From contig NC_042999.1 of the NCBI RefSeq assembly GCF_006345805.1, forward strand, positions 19,096,001 to 19,160,000: DNA of 64,000 bases, in the 5' to 3' direction. The DNA is from Octopus sinensis (lineage: Eukaryota). Positions within the stretch are counted from its first letter, which is position 1. Every line of letters begins with the position of its first letter. Made by a program: the position numbers and the translations under genes. A model generated the notes under the pieces. That model was not told where the DNA came from, searched no databases, and saw only the letters and a program-made list of their open reading frames with translations. Shown piece by piece: positions 26,438 to 39,436 of the stretch.

Positions 26438-26481
26438 TTACAGTTGAAAAGGTCTCAAAATGACCGAAACCGGTACTGAAA
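26438..26481 (+). ncRNA. Minimal type I hammerhead motif with a U3:A8 core variant
   Basis: Identical motif on the + strand. Confidence 0.75.
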
Positions 26482-26531
26482 GATTCACTATAAAATCATC
26501 TTAGCATTTTCTATTTTTGACTTGTTTTTTC

Positions 26532-26645
<114 letters not shown>

Positions 26646-27082
26646 CATACATGTATATTAATATATACATACATATATATATATATACATATATATTAAT
26701 ATATACACAAACACACACACACACACACATATATATGTATGTATGTATATATATATGTGTGTGTGCGCGTGTGTGTGTGTATGTGAGTGTGTGTCTGTGT
26801 GTGTGTAAGTATGTATTATGTATGTCTCCAGTGAGGAGGGAGCCAGTTTCCAACAAAGATACAAGGTTCAATCTTTGGGATGCAGTTAATACAGACAAAT
26901 TCACATTTGGAACTTGAGAAAAGTCTTGCATATTTTTATTGGTCCTCTCACAAATTGCACTTGTAATGTACGAATTGATTTCTATTTCTGAAAATCTCAG
27001 TTTATTCAGATTTTCCTTCAAGCATTTACTAACAAAACCTTAGTGCTCAAATTACTCCGAGTAAAATGAGAAGAGTACTTAC

Positions 27083-27309
27083 ATATCCTTAAATGACGTA
27101 CTGATGAAGTAGTTCTGTTTCCATCGGTGGTGACGTTGTTAGTTTTATCTGTTGTGGTGTTGGTTTCGGCCATAATGTGCTAGCGAGATCTCACGTGGGG
27201 TAGATGTAAATTTTAAATATCTGTTCAGGATAACGCTACGTTGGTGAGTAAAAGGTGTTTCTCTCATTGGAGAAATGAACCGATTTAGGCTGGAGTAGTC
27301 GGCATATAC
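27083..27309 (-). other. Candidate host-gene exon
   Basis: Acceptor ttttgaacgccttcctctag|G and donor T|GTAAGT. ATG at 27173 opens MAETNTTTDKTNNVTTDGNRTTSSVRHLRI (three N-x-T sequons). An alternative phase-0 frame and an internal donor CAC|GTGAGA also exist. Confidence 0.35.
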
Positions 27310-27384
27310 CTAGAGGAAGGCGTTCAAAACGGATTTATTAAACGGTCCTTTACATCTGCACGTCTGATACTGAGGGTGCCGTTA

Positions 27385-27575
27385 TTATGTATGTATGTAT
27401 GTATGTATGTATGTATGTATGTATGTATGTATGTATGTATGTATGCATGCATGTTTGCTTGTGTGTACGTACGTATGTATGCCTGTTTATTTGTTTGTGT
27501 GTATGTATGTATGTATGTATGTATGTATTATGTATGTATGTATGTATGTATGTATGTCTGTATGTCTGTCTGTAT
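27385..27575. repeat. (GTAT)n microsatellite
   Basis: Seen directly. Confidence 0.97.
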
Positions 27576-27580
27576 GCATG

Positions 27581-27900
27581 GTTGGGTCGTCAGCGACTAA
27601 ACTGGCAACCCCACCAAACTTGCGCGGTGAGGAGGGTGTTTGTTGGACACCCTGCCGGATGAAAAACAAAACCCGTCAAAGGGCGGAGGAACTCTTGAGA
27701 GTCAACGGCCATCCAATAAATCTCTTAAGGCTGTATCATGCGCGTAGACATAGAAATAATCGGACTGAATACCCGATCGCGCGGTTAAACCATTGGGAGT
27801 GAAGGGCTCCTAGCCTTTGTTAGGGCGTCCTTCTCGGAGAAGGTAACTCAGGTAACTGGGATAACTCCGACATAAAACCTGCAGCTCAGTGGTTACCGAT
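27581..27900 (+). mobile_element. GC-rich segment resembling the 5' UTR of an RTE-type LINE
   Basis: Contains tagcctttgttagggc..ggagaaggtaactc..aaaacc, recalled as similar to RTE 5' UTRs. It shares cggtgaggaggg with 42643-42654. Not database-verified. Confidence 0.3.
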
Positions 27901-28117
27901 GATCTTGACTTGTTCTTCTTTTCGGATTATGGCTGCTGTTGCTTAGTGAGTGGGATTGACTCAGTGCACAGCCTTTCCTCACTTTTAAAAAATCTTCTTG
28001 CACAGGCATTGCACGATAACAACATTGATTAAGCTTCGTGCAATGGCCATACTCGATAACGAGGGGGCAGCCACCATGTATGTATGTATGTATGTTTGTG
28101 TGTATGTACGTATGTAT

Positions 28118-28420
28118 GTATGTGTTCTTTGTTCCTTCTCGAGCCATGCCTGGAACATAAGGGCCGGTTTCTCGGTTTCATTGGCGCGTAGGTTCCCCTA
28201 CCTGGACGGGACGTCGGTCCGTCGTAGATGAGCTGCTAGGTGCAGGAGGAAAAAGTGAGAGAAAGTTGGATCGAAACATTCAGCAGAGATTCGCCATTAC
28301 CTTCAGCCGGAACTGCGTGGAGCTTAGGTGCTTCGCTCATAAACACACACACCGCCCGGTCTGAGATTCGAATCCGCAATCCTTCGACCGTGAGCTCCGT
28401 TGCTCTAACCACTAGGCCAT
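28118..28420 (-). mobile_element. tRNA-derived SINE
   Basis: The reverse complement begins ggaggcacatggcctagtggttagagc..gattcgaatc; same family as 33138-33420. Confidence 0.88.
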
Positions 28421-28597
28421 GTGCCTCCACACATATGTACGTATGTACATTTATATATTCACCCTACAACGAGAATTTTTTCTGCGACAAAGTGCAATGA
28501 ATGGCTTTCTAGAATATTCGAACATGCCTCTAGCATATTTGAACAATTAACAAGTTTGTGTGTGCAAGCAATGATAGCATTTAAAACGACACACACA

Positions 28598-28662
<65 letters not shown>

Positions 28663-28937
28663 CTCTTTCTTCTCGTTGTACATCATTTCTCCATTTTCAG
28701 AGCGTGGAATGTCATAAAACCAGTTTTTGCAACTTGTGTTTCAATACCTTCTCTTTTGAAATTAGCAATACAGTTTCTGTGCAACATTTCTTTTACTCAG
28801 ATTACATAGACGTCTTCTGCGAAAAAAGAGTTAACTTTGCTTTCAGTAAATTAACGAAAATGTCAACCATGTCTCCGAAGAAAGAGTTTTCTTTACGTTA
28901 ATGCATGCGCTATCCAGCTCCAGTGTCTTCGACTTAC

Positions 28938-29006
28938 CTGTATCTTACTGGCATGTTGTAAATATGGAAGAATGTCTTTGAATTCCGTTATGTCTCTAAG
29001 ACATTT
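28938..29006 (-). other. Candidate host-gene exon (3' boundary well supported, 5' boundary uncertain)
   Basis: Perfect donor CAG|GTAAGT at 28938. The phase-0 frame KCLRDITEFKDILPYLQHASKIQ follows a moderate acceptor. Confidence 0.22.
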
Positions 29007-29542
29007 CTATATGAATTATATGCGCGTCGATGCTTTTAACAGCACCAAGTAGATGATAGCAGTTTCCACCAGGATTATCTACAACATATAAACGAAACCC
29101 AATCAACCACACTCAATATAATGACTTCCCATGAGATATGCATTCATTCATATTATCAGGAAACGCCTATCAACATCAATATGATATCATTGTTTGCTTC
29201 GTTAATACAATGATACAATATCTACATGTATCAATGAAGTGTATTTCAACAGAACAATAGGCAACACAAAACTGCAAAGCCTCTTTAATGATAGCACTCA
29301 TATTATCTTGTGGTCTCTTATTGTTTCTTCAGATATATAACGCATACAAATCTGTAGGCCATTTCCAGAAACAACTCAGCGCAAACATCATTAAAATCAC
29401 CAACAGATTTGTTGTAAGGCGTAGGTTTTATAGCATAGGATGCGTTGACTGATTAAGTGTGTTTTTTGTTCGTCCATTATCATGTAAGCAGAAGTAAGAC
29501 TGCCTTTGTGTACAGTACGTGTGTATGCTTATATATATAAGC

Positions 29543-29800
29543 GTGAAGGCGCAATGGCCCAGTGGTTAGGGCAGCGGACTCGTTGGTGTAGGATCGCGGC
29601 TTCGATTCCCAGATCGCGCATTGTGTGTGTTTATTGAACGAAAACACCTAAAGCTCCACGAAGCTCCAGCAGGGGGTGGTGGAGACCCCTGTTGTACTCT
29701 TTCGCTCCAACTTTCTCTCACTCTCTCTTCCTGCTTCTTGAGTAAAGCTGCGATAGACTGGCGTCCCGCTACAGGAACCGGGAAACCGTGCCCATAAATA
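29543..29800 (+). mobile_element. tRNA-derived SINE
   Basis: ggcgcaatggcccagtggttagggcagcggactcg..gcttcgattccc; related to 45168. Confidence 0.88.
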
Positions 29801-29879
29801 AATATATATATATGTGAGCAAAATCAACTCACATAACCCTTGCCAATATGCGTCCAGGGTCGTTACAATATACATACGC

Positions 29880-30790
29880 TTCGTAACTTAGAATCGTTTA
29901 ATTTTTAAATTTAAATCTTTAAATTTTGAATTTTGAATTTTAATTTTCAATTTCAGTTTTTAATTTTTTATTTCTATTTTTAATTCCTTAATTCGTATAA
30001 TTTATCCTATATATACTCGTTTAAGTTAGGCATCAATTTTTGCTCTCCCTATTGACCACTGAATTAAATATTCTCTATGACCACACCCAGTCTAGAATTC
30101 ATCTGTTTAATTAATGGACATGAATAATTTTCTCCTCCACTATACCAAAACATTAGCGCCTGACCTCTCACCCGGAACCGACACTCCAGAAGGATAATAC
30201 TGGCATCTTATCGCTATCTTTATTTTTTATAATTGATTCTGACTTCTCATTATTTCTTTGCCACTCCTTTCGTTCCTCACGCTCCTCTCTCTTCTATCCA
30301 ATCTCTCATAATCCATTCCTGTCTATCTCGGTGTATGTCTTTATATACTCATGTTGACCATTTACATACTAGGTAATTACTTCAACATGAAATCATCATT
30401 CAAAATACTAACAAAATATTGCCTTGATTTGTCTGGTATAATATCTCAGGACCTTTACCTGCACGAAAGTACGGACCAACTTCCAACCCCTTTGGGAAAA
30501 GATGAGCTGTGAACTTTCTTCTCCTGCCTGTATACTTGTATCTACTTTACTCTTTATTATTCTATTCTTTTCTTTATAAATTGTGAAATTCCCTGCTTAG
30601 ATCTTTCATACATACTCAGCTTGTCTCTGATGACGGAATACCTAGTGTACGAGCATGCTAACCTATCACTTGGGATATCCCATAAATAGCTGTTTAACTT
30701 CAAATTTACCCTAATTTCATTATTCTATACGACTTTAGATACTCGTCCTGCTTGGCTTTTGTTGTCCTTTTCCCTCTAATATAATATAAA
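29880..30790 (+). mobile_element. Probable Penelope-like 3' UTR and terminal repeat with a decayed hammerhead (30621-30697)
   Basis: C-rich, G-poor strand. CTGATGA-cggaata...tatccc-ataaaTAGCTGTT is a relic core with a palindromic AGCT stem III. Confidence 0.4.
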
Positions 30791-30927
30791 CCTGCAAACA
30801 CAGAAGCCTAATTCGGATCCCAACCTCAGCCTGAGGTTCAAACTTCGAACATAGTGGATGACAAATTATAGCACTTACTCAGCGTACCTATTCATTTAAA
30901 CCACCAATGAACTAAACTCCTCATATT

Positions 30928-30966
<39 letters not shown>

Positions 30967-31406
30967 ATCTCTATCTCTCTCTTTATATATATATAGTATA
31001 CCTACGTTTACATATTATATATACACGCGTGTGTTTGCACATATGTATATACGTACAAACGCAGAGATACAGCGTATATAAGTATATGTATATGAACATA
31101 TACATGAAGCTTGCCATATCATCTGTCTAATAGGATTATTATAAACGTAAATCACATTAGTTTTGTGAGGTCCAGAACGTTTCATATACAGTCTCTGTTC
31201 ATTACATAGGAGTTGATGAAAGTACGATTTTTCGACTAGGAATGGGAATGTAATAATTTCGGAGAGAATGATGCCTCAGTAGAATAGGATCCGAGATAGA
31301 TATTGCAAAGCAATTTGAATCCCTGTCCTGGATATTTACTTCATTTATCGTCACAACGTTTGTTTGTTAGAGGTTTAATTCATTTAACAGCGTTTTATAA
31401 TGTGTA

Positions 31407-31739
31407 ATTTTCCATATTGTTTTAGACTTCAGCCTATTCTTCACACGGGACGAGGATAATTATTCTCTTTATATCGATCATCCAATTGTATAAGAGATAA
31501 GATTTCCATTTACTCTTTTACTCTTTTACTTGTTTCAGTCATTTGACTGCGGCCATGCTGGAGCACCGCCTTTAGTCGATCAAATCGACCCCGGGACTTA
31601 TTCTTTGTAAGCCCAGTACTTATTCTATCGGTCTCTTTTGCCGAACCGCTAAGTTACGGGGACGTAAACACACCAGCATCGGTTGTCAAGTAATGCTAGG
31701 GGGACAAACACAGACACACAAACCCACACACACCCACAC

Positions 31740-31832
<93 letters not shown>

Positions 31833-32225
31833 TACGACAGTTTCCGTCTACCAAATTCACTCACAAGGCATTGGTCGGCCCGGGGCTATAGCAGAAGACA
31901 CTTGCCCAAGGTGCCACGCAGTGGGACTGAACCCGGAGCCATGTGGTTGGTTAGCAAGCTACTTACCACACAGCCACTCCTGCGTCTATGCTTCTTTGCT
32001 TCCTCTCAAAAATTACTATCTTACCCAAAGGAAGAAAGATTGTTTCTATAACATTTCTTCAGTGCCTTCGTAACTAGTGGCATAAAGAGAAGTGTTTATT
32101 CTCAGGTTAAGGCTCATGTGTAAGTTAATATGGGGATACGCAGGCTCCACTAATATGGGGATTAATGTGAGGCATATAAAGTCAACAGCACAATCCGGGT
32201 ATACAATGTTAACTACCCGAGGTCA
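31407..32225. repeat. Unclassified ~330-bp dispersed repeat, copy 1 (interrupted by a SINE)
   Basis: Collinear with 42012-42716 once the insertions are removed. Flanked by a ~29-bp direct repeat (aattcatttaacaRcgttttataatgtgt). Confidence 0.8.
31508..31986 (-). mobile_element. Full-length young SINE (head, microsatellite, tail)
   Basis: The reverse complement runs gacgcaggagtggctgtg...gaccgatagaataagtact...gactgaaacaagtaaaagagtaaaagag. The empty site is visible in the paralogous repeat at 42110-42130. Confidence 0.93.
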
Positions 32226-32913
32226 AATTCATTTAACAACGTTTTATAATGTGTGTTCACTGATGTCTTAAACTGAAACGTAATTCTGGTATAACGAAAG
32301 ATTTTAAGACGTGACTTTATTCTACTTGTAGAATCAACCATCAACCATCAACAATCCAGTTCTTATTCGATTATTATTTTGTCTGATTGACACCAGCCTC
32401 GGGTGAGTTGATTAATATAACGTATGTCTATGTTCGAATGAATATACGCTAAAACGAGTACCATATAAGAAGCTATTTCAGTTACGCGCCGCTTAATTAA
32501 GAAGCATTTCCATTAAACAAAAAAAAAATGCATGCGAATAACAAATAAATTAGTTTTCATTAGAGATAATGAGGAATTACTACAAAGAAACTAATTTATA
32601 ATAATCAACATATTTTATATAATCTTAATTATCTAGAGTGAATAATTACTTAATAGATCGGAATTAGTTTTTGTTTACTTATGAAATTATCTATTATTCT
32701 TAATAATAATGTGTTTATAAAAGCTTTCGTCATTAATGAACAATCGTTGTATATCCATGTTAACACTCCTCTGGAGCTAGAAGTTTTGATATCACTGATA
32801 GGACGTTGAATTTCTTTTAGACAAAAGGAAAAATTCGTAAAGCAATTGTTGCAGTCAGCTGTAGGGGATCGATTATATTATAATTTCCTTTTGTGAGCAA
32901 GAGTTAGATCTCG

Positions 32914-32988
<75 letters not shown>

Positions 32989-33137
32989 CATATATATATA
33001 TATACACGTACAAACAAACACACACGAACACATATACATCTAGAGGTGTGCATATAAATATATATTCATATTTCTGTGTCTGTGTATTTATATTCGCGTG
33101 CATACATACATAGATTAGTGTATATATGTAATGTGTT

Positions 33138-33420
33138 GTTTGTTCCTTCTCGAGCTATGCCTGGTTCATTAGAGCCGTATAGGTTCCCCACCTGGACGGG
33201 ACACAGGTCTGTCGCAGGTGAGCTGCAAGATGTAGGAGGAAAGAGTGAGAGAAAGTTGTGGCGAAAGAGTCAGACAAAGGTCGCCCTTACCTTCTGCCGG
33301 AGCCGCTTGGAACTTAGGTGTTTCGCTCATAAACACGTACAGCGCCCGTTCTGAGATTCGAACCCGCGATCCCTCGACCGCAAGTCCGCTGCTCTAACCA
33401 CTAGGCCATGTGCCACCACA
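33138..33420 (-). mobile_element. tRNA-derived SINE
   Basis: Same family as 28118-28420; a partial copy also lies at 34200-34325. Confidence 0.88.
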
Positions 33421-33764
33421 TATATATGTGTACACTTGTTAATAAAATTATGTATTGTATTTCTGTTCCCATTCTTTATAAATGAATATATGCATACGTT
33501 CTATATCAGCCCACTTTAGTATATATCTAGAACATAATTTGAAAAATTCTTATAAACAAACACTAAACAAAGTCTACCTCCAAAAAGGGAAAGTATAATC
33601 ACAGTATACTAAAAAAAATGCTTATAGAACAATAAAGATCTAGAGAGAAACAAATAGCCATACCAATGTTGCGTGGATGCCCCCAGATGATGAAGTAGGC
33701 TAGCCCAATACGTGGGTATAGATAGAGAATTCTAGATGTCGTGGAGTTGAGTGCGACATAACAA

Positions 33765-33848
33765 TGGCGACGAGAATGAGATTCGAACTCACGTGGGGAC
33801 TGTGTAGCATTGCGACATAGCAACCAACTTTACTCAAATACCGTTTTG
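33765..33848 (-). pseudogene. Degenerate tRNA-Ser(GCU) retrocopy or SINE head with encoded CCA
   Basis: ...tGCTa anticodon...cgtgagTTCGAATctcattctcgtcgCCA matches the eukaryotic tRNA-Ser(GCU) 3' end; the 5' half is decayed. Confidence 0.65.
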
Positions 33849-34489
33849 AACATCAGAGCACAGAAGAAACAATTTTCTATACCAACAAAGCAATAACATG
33901 CCTAATTAATAATCCCAGCCTTACAAATGAAAAGAAAGAAGACCCTCAATAACAACTACGGCGAGTAAAGAAATGGCCAACCTAAACTCACCACATTACC
34001 TCTTTCTATTGTGGAAAAGAAGTTGACAGACCTAATTACTAAGGGATCAATCACTGGACATTGTGCTTTTGACTTTAATTGTCAAAGCAGAAAGATTAAA
34101 TCGACATCAAACAGAATAAAGATCCCGTCACTACTTGTGCTTACCTAACGAATGATAAATATATACAGGCGTGTTTACAAAGTTCTACAAGCATGAATAG
34201 AGTTGTGGCGAAAGAGTCAGAAGAAGTTCGCCATTTCCTTTTGCCGGACCTGCGTTGAGCTTAGGTGTTTCTCTCATAAACACACACACATCGCCCAGTC
34301 TGAGATTCGAACACGCGAATCCTCAAAAACCATGAAAATCCTAATTACCACCCCACTCAAAACCAAACACCCAGAGATGATTTTAGCCCAACTGACTCTA
34401 AAGGGAAACGAACTTTAATGCATCGCAGTCTGACGATGGGTTACATGGCTGAAAGTTCGATATCACTGTCATCAAAATTCTTGGTCAAG

Positions 34490-34538
<49 letters not shown>

Positions 34539-34541
<3 letters not shown>

Positions 34542-34753
34542 ACCAATTAAGGACTGAACACGAAAAGTGGACAGTCAACATGCTAGATATAGACGTCAAA
34601 TCGCCATTCTCCACAAAGATTATGTTCTCAAATCAAACTCAATTCAAACTGAGTTTGATTTGAGAACATAATCTTTTGTGGAGAATGGCGATTTGACGTC
34701 TATATCTAGGATGTTGACTGTCCACTTTTCGTGTTCAGTCCTTAATTGGTATA
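34539..34753. repeat. Near-perfect palindrome (~103-bp arms, 8-nt spacer) in a repeat remnant that extends to ~34850 between TA-rich tracts
   Basis: Arms 34539-34641 / 34650-34753 differ by one substitution and one indel. Confidence 0.93.
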
Positions 34754-36300
34754 TATAAATATTTTAATCTTCGGATTCTTTTTTAATATGCAAACCACTG
34801 GTTTTAATTGATAAATATCAATTTCTGCCCTTAATTAATTATATATATATATAACTTTAGTTACAACAAAGAAAATTCGTTATCGACGACATGCCGATGT
34901 ATCGATATCCATCTGTCTATCTGTCGGTCTATCTATCTATCTATCCATCTATTTCTCTACGTATGTATCTTCTATCTTTGTGTCTTTGTCACTCTCCTCA
35001 CTTTCATTTATACTTGTAAGCACGTCGGCGCGCGCAACGCGTGTATGTTTGTGTACGCATGCATATATATATCTATATATACACATATATAGGAACACAA
35101 ATATATAATTTATATACATATGTGTACGTACGTACACACGCATATACGTAGATAGATAGATAGATATATAGAAAAATAGATAGGTGCATACATACGTTGT
35201 TATGCCTTTTACGCGCGCGTATGTTTCTGTATGTGTATTTATTTTAGTATGTGTGTTCGCGCGTATGTGTGTGTTCTTTTAATTTATTCTAGACATGTTG
35301 ATAAGAAACCCAATTGGAATATTCATTTCTTAAAAAAAAAAGCATTTAAATTACTACAAATATCTCCTGAGTGCTACAGTATCCTACGATAATATATATT
35401 ACATAAACATTATTCTTTTCATCATAACTATTCTCCATTATTATATAACGCTGGAAGCTTTTTGTCCTTATTTATTAATCAATCTATATATTCCAATTTC
35501 CATTATCTCGATAAGAATTGCCAGATAAAGAAATGTTTTTATTCGAAAAGCTATTTTTATTCTTTATTATTTTTTTTTATCCTATTGGAATTAATAAATT
35601 GGATATGCAATTTCAAGTGTTACCAATAATATTGAGATTTATTATTCTTCTAGCTATAATTCAACAATAAATCTTTAGAAAATTGTTTTACGAAATTTTC
35701 GGTAAAAATGTTTAATCTTTTGTTATCAATGTTAACAAGATAATGTCTGAAAATTAATCAAACAGTTAGCCTTAAGCGAGCAGAACCTCATCAGCAGAAG
35801 CTGCTAATATAAATATTATCTCCGCTGAAAGGATATCGATGTGAAATAATGGTTGCGCGTATTTTAATAAAGTTTTATTTCTGGTATAAAATAACAGTTT
35901 TAAGAATACATCAGGAATCACACCTAGCGTCTATTCTAATTTAATTGATACACTTTTAATATCGAAGTAATAGTAGAGCACGTAGTTTTAAAATTACAAT
36001 CTCAAATTTACAGTAGAACATGGTAATTTATATTGCAATTTAATAGCTTTTCCTGAAATGAGAATTTTTAGTACTTTTACTTTCACAAAATTATAATCTT
36101 CGCGTATATTCAGAGGCTGATGTGAAATTAATGATTCAGAAATATAATTAATTTCTCATATTTGAAGGTGGATACGATATCCTAACGTTTTATTAAACCT
36201 GCGTGGTTATGCGTTTTGACTATATATACGAGAGTGTTAGCGAATATATACACACATGCACACACACACACACACACACACACATTATATATATATATAT

Positions 36301-36480
36301 ATTTCAGTCATATGATTGCGGCCATGCTGGAGCACCGTCTTTAGTCGAGCAAATCGATCCCAAGACTTATTCTTTGCAAACCTAGTACTTATTCTATCGG
36401 TCTTTGTTTCCCGAACCGCTAAGTTAAAGGGCCATAAACACACCAGCATCGATGTCAAGCGATGTTGGGGCAAATACAAA
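36301..36480 (-). mobile_element. SINE tail segment
   Basis: Same as 31530-31720. Confidence 0.85.
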
Positions 36481-36521
36481 TACAAACACACACACACACA
36501 ACACACACACACACACACACA

Positions 36522-36554
<33 letters not shown>

Positions 36555-36569
36555 AAGACTCCCCCCTTA

Positions 36570-36886
36570 GTACATGAATAACCATGGGATTGCACCTAGA
36601 ATCTTACCCCGCGAGGCCGAAGTCCGAGCATGATTGTTCGTGGAAGACCAGCAGCCGCACATGCATAAAACTCCACTCTCCGCGTCAATAATGTTGTCCA
36701 ACACAGCATAGAACAAAGCCAATGAAGAAAGAAACGAGTGTCTTCGCAACTCACTTCTACAGCTTAGTGAATTGGAGAAAATTGAAATACAATGCTCAAG
36801 AGCACAACACAACCCGGTCCGGGAATTGAACTTAATTCCTTGTAATTGTAAGCTCGACGCTCTAACCACTGAGCCTTTCCCTTCAC
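36570..36886 (-). mobile_element. tRNA-derived SINE (diverged)
   Basis: The reverse complement begins gtgaaggg..ggctcagtggttagagcgtcgagct..gttcaattccc. Confidence 0.8.
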
Positions 36887-37499
36887 AGATACACATATAC
36901 ACATATATTTTTTAGCAATAGCTTAAGTATGTGCAGTAATCAGTTTAGTGAAAGGAGAAAGAAAATGTATGAACATAATTGCCATTTTTTTCATAATTAT
37001 AGTAAGAGACACACCTTATATATATATATATATAAGGTGTGTTGATGTTAAATTATTTATAAAATATTAAACCCTGCATAGGATCGCTTCTGATGGCAAC
37101 ACAGAAATTTAAGGAACATGGAAAAAATTAAACTAATTATAATTATAAGTGAATTAATTTAATTACATATTACCATTCTCTTCAATACAAAAAGAAGAAT
37201 AGATCAGAAAGATAGTATCAGAAGAATATTATGTTGTTTCAGAAGACTCTACGGAGTCTGTGTCACATAACCCATTCGGATATTCATAAAATGATTATGG
37301 AGGATGAAATATAATAACATGCTTCGGTAGTGTTGAGTCTAGTTGTGTTAGAACTAAAGCTGTTTGAATTGGCCTAGGCACTTACCGGCATAGATTTAAA
37401 ATACCGACGAATTAAAGGATTAAACAGCAAAATGTTTATAAACACTTATAGGGATTATATTTAAAAATGTTGCTTAAATTATAAGCATGAACACTTATC

Positions 37500-37985
37500 A
37501 AAATCCCTCTTTCAATAAAGAACAAAATAAGAATTGTTAACACTAACGTAAAAGTGGTGTTATTGTATGGGGCTGAGACATGGCGAACAACAGTTAAGTC
37601 AAATAAGCAAATAAAATCATTCATCAACAGATGCTTCTGTAGTATACTTAAAATTAGATGGGCCGAACACATAAGCAATATGGAGCTAAGGCAAAGAACA
37701 AATCAAGTATCGATTAGGGAGCAAATATTTAAGAAAAAGTGGAAGTGGATTGGTAGCACAATTAGAAAAGACACACCAAATGTAGCGAAAACTACTTGAC
37801 AGTGGAAACCGGATGGATATAGAAAGAAAGGTAGGCCTAAGAATTCGTGGCGTAGATCAACATAAAAGTAAATAGAGAAAGGAGGACATGCATGCCAGAG
37901 TATAAGTACAGAAGCGAAAACTTATCCGTCATAGAATTCAGTTATAAGTGGCCTATACTCCCCGTTGGAGGGTTAAAGGCAGAAA
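37500..37985 (+). mobile_element. 3' fragment of an RTE-clade LINE
   Basis: VLLYGAETWRTT...FINRC..ILKIRW..HISN.EL..RTNQ...WKWIG, continuing WKPDGYRKKGRPKNSWRR after a frameshift, then a short 3' UTR. Confidence 0.9.
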
Positions 37986-39159
37986 AAAATAAAAAAATTA
38001 CTCTTTAACAACAACATGCAAGCATATTTGGCCTCTTCAAAATTCTCTCTGAGGCTTTCTTTGTATTCAAAATATATCTATGTTGGTGATTTCTATATCT
38101 AGCACTGAAAGTTGAAGGTATTTGTTCAGCATAGCAAAAAAAGGCCTTCAGATCCTACACTCTGTTTCGTCATATTTAAAGAGTTTCTAGTATATGGCAA
38201 ATCACGATATATATCTGATGCTATTCGTGGAGCAATCATTTCATTTCATTTATCCCCCACTCAAAACTATGTTGTTATTTTAACTTTAAAAGCAATTACT
38301 AGCTTACGTACGAAACTGCAGAAAAATCCAAATTAGTGAATGTGGCGAGTATGTACATATCATGAATTTATTCCAACGGAAAACGACATGCTGCAAACAG
38401 TTCAACAGGATCTTATCACTTCTCGTTTGAACTAACACCCTTTTTCATAAATAAGCCTGCAGGTTTTGACAAACATAGCTGAGATTTTCGCCTAGGGATA
38501 AAACGTAACACCTCCAAAGAATGGAAACTGCAAAATCAGTCAGTTGAAATCGGGAATGCAGGATTATTATCTATTCTGAATAATTGTTCATAATAATTAT
38601 ATTCTACGGCTGTCAAAACGCCTTTCTATAATATTTCGCATACACTGATAGACATAAAAGCGTTTATATTGCTAAATATATACGCACGGGTATACACTGG
38701 AAACAAGCAATAACCAATTATGTATCTCTATTACATCTCGGAAAGCTTTCACTTCGAAAGGCAGCAGACAGAATTAATCAAATGAAGATACATTTGAGAT
38801 TTAAAATGCGTGTGATAATGGCATGGGATAAATATATATCATACGACTAGTTTAATCAATTATGACAAATGAGGAGCCCTTCTTAACATCACTGAAATCA
38901 ACTTCGTACATGTGCGGAATAATGAAAACCGCGACGCATTCATAAACATCCGCGCACCCACAGACGCGATCGTGCACACACACACACTTACACACACACA
39001 CACACACACACACTTACACACACACACACACATACTTACACACACACACACACACACACTTACACACACACACACACACAACAGAAAGCATATATACTGT
39101 AAGATATATAGATATGCTTATGCATTCATGTATAATATTTATTTGCATTTATAACTATA

Positions 39160-39194
39160 TATTATTATTATCATTATCATTATTATTATTATTA

Positions 39195-39237
<43 letters not shown>

Positions 39238-39240
39238 CAT
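39160..39240. repeat. (ATT)n microsatellite
   Basis: Seen directly. Confidence 0.95.
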
Positions 39241-39398
39241 TTGTTTGCATTTTCATCTATAATATAAACAATTTCACATTAATCTAGAGGTTTAGTCCAT
39301 ACTTTTGTAGAGGACAAATTTACTATTCTTTACAAAGAACAGTATTAAGAGTGACTGCGAACTTTCGGCCAGTTAAGCCATCATCAATATATATATAC

Positions 39399-39436
<38 letters not shown>

